Assembly: GCA_963763535.1 (NCBI GenBank)
Contig: CAVXOX010000007.1
Span: 60,556 to 124,555, forward strand
Length of the DNA stretch: 64,000 bases
Direction of reading: 5' to 3'
DNA from: an uncultured Acidobacteriota bacterium
GTDB taxonomy: Bacteria; Acidobacteriota; Thermoanaerobaculia; UBA5066; Gp7-AA6
Position numbers and translations under genes: made by a program
In this document: positions 59,833 to 64,000 of the stretch, in pieces
Layout: each line of letters opens with the position of its first letter
Numbering within the stretch: the first letter of the stretch is position 1
Notes under the pieces: model-generated
Told to the model about the DNA's origin: nothing
Seen by the model: the letters and a program-made list of their open reading frames with translations, nothing else
Databases searched by the model: none

Positions 59833-61517
59833 CGGAATCCCCACGCGAGCGCCTTGTGCACCGTCATCGAGAAGAACTGACCGATCGGGTACCCCCAGGA
59901 CAGCGCCATCAGCGCGACGAGGAGCCAGTTCCACACGGCGAAGCCGTTGAGAACCGCCGGCACGTGGACGACGGGCTCGATCGTCTCGGAGAGCGCGAGC
60001 GGCTCGACGTCCGCCCGCGTCCCGCCGTGCGTGCGCAGGAGGTTGTAGACGAACAGCAGGGCCGACAGGACCATCAGCACCCCGCCGAAGAGGATCGGAG
60101 GATTGAACTTCGTCCAGCGCGCCACGAGCGCGGGGTCGTAGGGCGTGTACGCGACGCGGCGCGGCATGCCGAGCAGACCCTGCCAGTGCCAGGGGATCGT
60201 CAAGACGAGAATGCCCACGAACCACATCCAGAGCTGCGCGTTCGCGAGGCCGCGAGAGTGGAGACTTCGGCCGGTGAGCTTCGGCCACAGCGCGTAGGCG
60301 CCGGCGAAGTACGCGGTCACGACCGTGCCGCCGAGGATCAGGTGGAAGTGCGCCGTGATCCACGCGGTGTTGTGGACCATGACGTCCATCGCATAGGACG
60401 CGTTGATCATGCCGCCGAAGCCGCCCGGCAGGAGCGCGACGAGCGCGAGGATGCCGCCGAGCGCCACCGGCTCGTTCCAGGGGAGTCGGCCGATCCAGCC
60501 GAAGAGTCCCCGGCCCCCGCGCAGGCGGCCGGCCGTCTCCAGCGACGCCGCGATCGTGAATCCCGTCAGGAGGGTCGGCAGCGCCACGAGGAAGGTCCCG
60601 AGCGCGTGCATCAGCTTCCAGCCGGCGGCCTGCTCGGGATCCACGAAGATGTGGTGCAGGCCGATGGGCAGGCTGATGACGAGGAGCATCACGAAGGCGA
60701 TGCGCCCGACCTCGTCGGAGAAGAGATACCCGCCCGCGGCGCGCGGCAGGATCGAATAGAGCACCACGTAGGCGGGGATCAGCCAGAAGTAGACGATCGG
60801 GTGCAGCGTCCACGAGAAGAGCGCCCGGGCGAGCCCCACGTCGATCGTGGGCGTCAGCGCGAGCGACAGGGGCAGCAGCTGGAAGACGACCTCGACGACG
60901 ACGCCGACGAGCGTCCAGGCCCAGAGCAGAGCACAGGCCGTCATGCCGAACTGGGCGAGCGGCACCGGGCGACCAGGGTTCTCGCGCTTCCACGCGATCG
61001 TCGCGCCGATCGTGATTCCGGTCCAGGCGAGCGAGCCGACGAGGAGCAGGGCCGCACCGACGTAGAAGGTCCAGTGCGCCACCATCGGCGGATAGAAGGT
61101 ATAGAGGACCGTCGCGCGGCCGGTCGCGATCGACAGTGCGGCGACGACCGAGCCGACGAGCATGGTCCAGAACCCGAGCCACGCGAGCCCGGCCGGACGG
61201 ATCGGACGCCGCAGGCTCGCCGCGGTGATCGCATAGCCGAAGCCGGCGATGAAGAACGTGGTCAGCACGAACGCCTGCACGACGCCGTGCAGCGTCATGG
61301 ACCGGTAGTACAGCTCGGCCGAGGTCTCGACGACCTGACCGCGCTGGAGGAGCTGGTAGACGCCGAGCAGGCTCGCGACGGCAAAGAGGGCGAAGCCCAC
61401 CCACATGTGGGCGAGCGCGAGGCCGCGGACGCCGACGAGGCTCTCGCGGGCGGGGGTCTCGCTCAAGGCCGGGTCACCCGGACGCGGCCCCACATCGACT
61501 GATGGCCGAGTCCGCAA
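59829..61517 (-). CDS. haem-copper oxidase subunit I, B-family (ba3-type)-like
   Basis: Polytopic. Motifs are WTLHPIVYFWLIPAYV, GLHHIFVD and HNTAWITAHFHLILGG. The true start may be the TTG at 61466, which overlaps the subunit II stop (TTGA). Confidence 0.85.
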   Translation of the reverse strand: MRTRPSVDVGPRPGDPALSETPARESLVGVRGLALAHMWVGFALFAVASLLGVYQLLQRGQVVETSAELYYRSMTLHGVVQAFVLTTFFIAGFGYAITAASLRRPIRPAGLAWLGFWTMLVGSVVAALSIATGRATVLYTFYPPMVAHWTFYVGAALLLVGSLAWTGITIGATIAWKRENPGRPVPLAQFGMTACALLWAWTLVGVVVEVVFQLLPLSLALTPTIDVGLARALFSWTLHPIVYFWLIPAYVVLYSILPRAAGGYLFSDEVGRIAFVMLLVISLPIGLHHIFVDPEQAAGWKLMHALGTFLVALPTLLTGFTIAASLETAGRLRGGRGLFGWIGRLPWNEPVALGGILALVALLPGGFGGMINASYAMDVMVHNTAWITAHFHLILGGTVVTAYFAGAYALWPKLTGRSLHSRGLANAQLWMWFVGILVLTIPWHWQGLLGMPRRVAYTPYDPALVARWTKFNPPILFGGVLMVLSALLFVYNLLRTHGGTRADVEPLALSETIEPVVHVPAVLNGFAVWNWLLVALMALSWGYPIGQFFSMTVHKALAWGFR

Positions 61518-61981
61518 TACTCGTTGCAGAAGAGGGGCACGGTGACGCTGCCGTCGGGATTCGCGGTGCCGATCGCGGCGACGCGGTCGAAGCGGATCGT
61601 GGTGCGGACCTCGGAGACGTAGCCCGGGACGACCTGCGTGCCGATGTTCGTGCCGGCCACGTGCAGGCCGTGCAGGACGTCGGCGCTCGCCGCGCGGATC
61701 ACGATGGGCGTGTCGGCCGGCAGCGTGATCTCCTGCGGGTGCACCATGTAGCGCGCCATGACGATGCGTGCGATGACGGTGCCGTCCTTCTCGCGTTCCA
61801 CGCCGAGATGGTCCTCGGCGAACTCGGGCGTCAGGTGCAGGCGCGTCGAGTCGATCGCCTCGACGTTCGAGGGCGGATGGATCCGCATCGCCCAGGCCGT
61901 GTAGACGACGAGCAGGCCCATCAGCCCGACGAGCAGGATCGATACGGCGAACCAGCGGCGCTCGAGAGGATGCATCGCCAC
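61463..61981 (-). CDS. cytochrome c oxidase subunit II (single TM + CuA cupredoxin domain)
   Basis: The CuA site has HGLHV...CNEYCGLGHQSM. Confidence 0.85.
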   Translation of the reverse strand: MAMHPLERRWFAVSILLVGLMGLLVVYTAWAMRIHPPSNVEAIDSTRLHLTPEFAEDHLGVEREKDGTVIARIVMARYMVHPQEITLPADTPIVIRAASADVLHGLHVAGTNIGTQVVPGYVSEVRTTIRFDRVAAIGTANPDGSVTVPLFCNEYCGLGHQSMWGRVRVTRP

Positions 61982-61988
61982 GCCCTGC

Positions 61989-62138
61989 CTACCGGATCGG
62001 GCCGTTGCCGAGGAAGCGTCCGAAGTAGAAGAGCGCCCAGCCCACGAAGATGAGGCCGGCGATCACGAGCATCAACGCGTAGGTGCCGCGCGGCGTCTGC
62101 GCGATGCGGTCGAGCTCTTCCCGAGTCGGTCCCGCCAT
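61989..62138 (-). CDS. small single-TM protein, ba3-oxidase subunit IIa-like (49 aa)
   Basis: Hand-translated: MAGPTREELDRIAQTPRGTYALMLVIAGLIFVGWALFYFGRFLGNGPIR. GGGGGAGG precedes the ATG. It sits immediately upstream of subunit II. Confidence 0.45.
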   Translation of the reverse strand: MAGPTREELDRIAQTPRGTYALMLVIAGLIFVGWALFYFGRFLGNGPIR

Positions 62139-62176
62139 GCCGCCTCCCCCGAGCGACGTGCTTCGAAGTTTCCCGG

Positions 62177-62941
62177 TTGAACCTGGGCGAAGACTATCAA
62201 GCGCCCGAGCGCGGGTGGCAAGATTCGAGTGTGGCGGCGCTTCTCGGGACCGCGTTCGTCGTCGGGCTTCTCGGCGGCGTGCACTGCATGGCGATGTGCG
62301 GCGGCGTCGTCGCCGCGCTCGGAATGCGGTCGCCCGGCCAGGCGGCCCGAGGCAACGGCGTTCTCCGCCAGCTCGGCTACAACGGCGGCCGCCTGGCGAC
62401 GTACGCGGGGCTCGGCGCCGTCGCGGGCGCGATCGGCGCGTTGGGTCTGCGGGCCCCGGGTGCGCGGCCGGTGCAGATCGCGCTGCTCGTCGCGGCGAAC
62501 GTGGTCGTGGTCCTGCTGGGTCTCTCGGTCGCCGGCCTCGCGCGGGCGGCGCGCTTCCTCGAGAGGGCCGGGGGCCTCGTGTGGCGCGGCGTCCGGAGGC
62601 TGGGCGGCCGGATCGCGCCGGCGGACTCGGCGGCGGGCGCCGTCGCGGCGGGCGTCGTCTGGGGATTCCTTCCCTGCGGACTCGTCTACGGCGTGCTGGC
62701 GACCGCGGTGGCGGCCGGGAGCGCCGCGCGGGGCGCGCTGGTGATGGCCGCGTTCGGCGCCGGAACGCTCCCGAATCTTCTCGCCGCCGGTCTCGCCGCC
62801 GAGACGCTGCGCCGGTTCGCGCGGGGTCGGCGTGTGCGCATGGCCGCCGGCGCGGCGATCGTCCTCATCGGTTTGATCGGATTGGCGCGTTTGCCGCATC
62901 TCGCCGAGCATCTGCGGCATGGGATGCCCATGATGCGGTGA
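62177..62941 (+). CDS. DsbD_2 / TauE-like six-TM membrane protein often linked to metal-ATPase and oxidase maturation
   Basis: Motifs are LLGGVHCMAMCGG and WGFLPCGLVY. The track start is TTG 62177; a GTG at 62231 (VAALLGTAFVVG) is an equally plausible start. Confidence 0.6.
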   Translation: MNLGEDYQAPERGWQDSSVAALLGTAFVVGLLGGVHCMAMCGGVVAALGMRSPGQAARGNGVLRQLGYNGGRLATYAGLGAVAGAIGALGLRAPGARPVQIALLVAANVVVVLLGLSVAGLARAARFLERAGGLVWRGVRRLGGRIAPADSAAGAVAAGVVWGFLPCGLVYGVLATAVAAGSAARGALVMAAFGAGTLPNLLAAGLAAETLRRFARGRRVRMAAGAAIVLIGLIGLARLPHLAEHLRHGMPMMR

Positions 62942-62974
62942 GGGCGAAACGCGGAACCGCGGCTTCTCGCCCCC

Positions 62975-64000
62975 TCACCCTTGCCCTCTCCCGCCGCCGT
63001 GGGGAGAGGGTTTTTGCCGGCCTAACCGCAACGCGTTGACGACGACCAGCAGCGAGCTCGCCGACATGCCGAGCGCGGCGGCCCACGGCGGCACGCGGCC
63101 CGCGGCCGCCAGCGGCACCGCCAGGACGTTGTAGGCGAGCGCCCACGCGACGTTCTGCGCAAGGACGCGCCGCGCCCGGCGGGCGATGCCGCGCGCCCGG
63201 GCGAGCGGGCCCAGTCCGCGGCCGAGGAGCAGGAAGTCGCTCGACGAGCGCGGGAGTTGCGGCGCCTCCGCGAACGAGACGGAGACCGACGCGGCCGCGA
63301 GCGCGGGCGCGTCGTTCCAGCCGTCGCCGACGAACAGGACCCGGTCGCCCGTCCTTTCGCGTTCCCGGATCCAGGCGAGCTTGGCGTCGACGGACATTCC
63401 CCCGCGCGCCTCGTCGAAGCCGAGCGCGCGGCCGAGGCGCTCGGCCCGCTCGGGGGCATCACCGGAGAGAAGCGCGACGTGCGACACGCCTTCCTTTCGC
63501 AGGGCCGCAGCAATCCCGCCGGCGTCCTCGCGCCACCGCTCGGCGAGGCCGAAGACGGCGCCGCGGCCGAGCCCGTCCCGTCCGCGAGGACGACCGGCAG
63601 CAGGCCCTCGCCGCGCGCCCGCTCGACCGCTTCGAGGGCCTCGGCCGGCAGCGCCGCGCCGGCCGCCGCGAATTCGGGCGTGCCGATCCGCCATGCCTCG
63701 TCCCCGACCTTCCCGCGACCCCGCCTCCCGCGGCTTCCGTCGCGCGGATCGCCGCGTCGGGGAGTCCCGCGCCGAGCGCCGCGATCGCGCGCGCCGCCGG
63801 ATGCGCCGAGCCCGTCTCGAGCATCGCCGCGATGCGCAGCGCGCCCGCCCGCTCGAGGCCGCCGAACGCCTCGACGCGCTCGAGCGACGATGTCCCCTCC
63901 GTGAGCGTGCCCGTCTTGTCCAGGGCGGCCACGTTCGCCGCGGCGAGACGCTCGAGCGCGTCGGCGCGCGTCGACAGGACGCCGATCGAGGTCAGCCGGC
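62975..64000 (-). pseudogene. heavy-metal P-type ATPase, C-terminal half (5' end outside window), at least two frameshifts
   Basis: LDKTGTLTEG is the phosphorylation motif. VGDGWNDAPALAAA is the hinge. The conserved text hops frames near 63712 (EAAGGGVAG/KVGDEAWRIGTPEF) and near 63585 (VVLADGT/LGRGAVFGLAERW). Confidence 0.7.
62985..63016 (+). terminator. intrinsic terminator (also within the 3' end of the convergent ATPase gene)
   Basis: The stem is ccctctccc-gccgccgt-(g)gggagaggg, followed by TTTTT. Confidence 0.6.

Overview
High-GC bacterial chromosomal segment. Hand counts of sampled 60-nt lines give about 72% GC, against about 52% in a local island. Product calls come from motif recognition in the supplied translations and my own reading of the DNA; no database search was run. 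Gene content resembles soil Acidobacteriota- or Gemmatimonadota-like bacteria, but that taxonomic guess is inference only.

Content, left to right:
- BNR/sortilin-like protein, with its 5' end outside the window
- two tandem tRNA-Arg(TCT) genes, one interrupted in the T-loop
- feoB, a Cys-rich mini-ORF and a DtxR-FeoA regulator
- two orphan atypical response regulators
- a 4.1-kb carboxypeptidase-regulatory-domain repeat gene broken into all three frames
- an mdtABC-like RND efflux operon
- a cupredoxin lipoprotein, a GT39-like membrane glycosyltransferase and an SDR
- tRNA-Pro followed by a lower-GC island: membrane cytochrome c, a basic protein, a Cys-module secreted protein and two divergent collagen-like proteins
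- an esterase plus a four-gene amidoligase/peptidase cassette: ATP-grasp, GCS2/YbdK ligase, M29-like peptidase, permuted-ATP-grasp-like protein
- M13 peptidase, Lon and a SpoIIE phosphatase
- DUF4404, HAD and beta-hydroxyacid dehydrogenase genes
- amidase, GerM and rph
- a split and permuted NAD-type formate dehydrogenase whose catalytic subunit carries an in-frame TGA (selenocysteine) with a SECIS-like hairpin
- DLH, PRTase, DUF5335 and CBS genes
- NfnAB-like oxidoreductase
- ba3-type oxidase with a dihaem cytochrome c
- a heavy-metal P-type ATPase, with its 5' end outside the window

Most unusual observations:
1. A 723-nt cytosine-free G/T/A tract lies between a 98-bp direct duplication of the M13 peptidase 3' end.
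2. The first tRNA-Arg copy carries a 60-nt insertion in its T-loop.
3. The formate dehydrogenase is both a selenoprotein and split and permuted.
4. Many single-base frameshifts sit in otherwise well-conserved genes, while neighbouring large genes are intact. This may reflect consensus errors or real gene decay; I cannot tell which from sequence alone.

I recognised no CRISPR array, transposase, integrase or obvious defence system.
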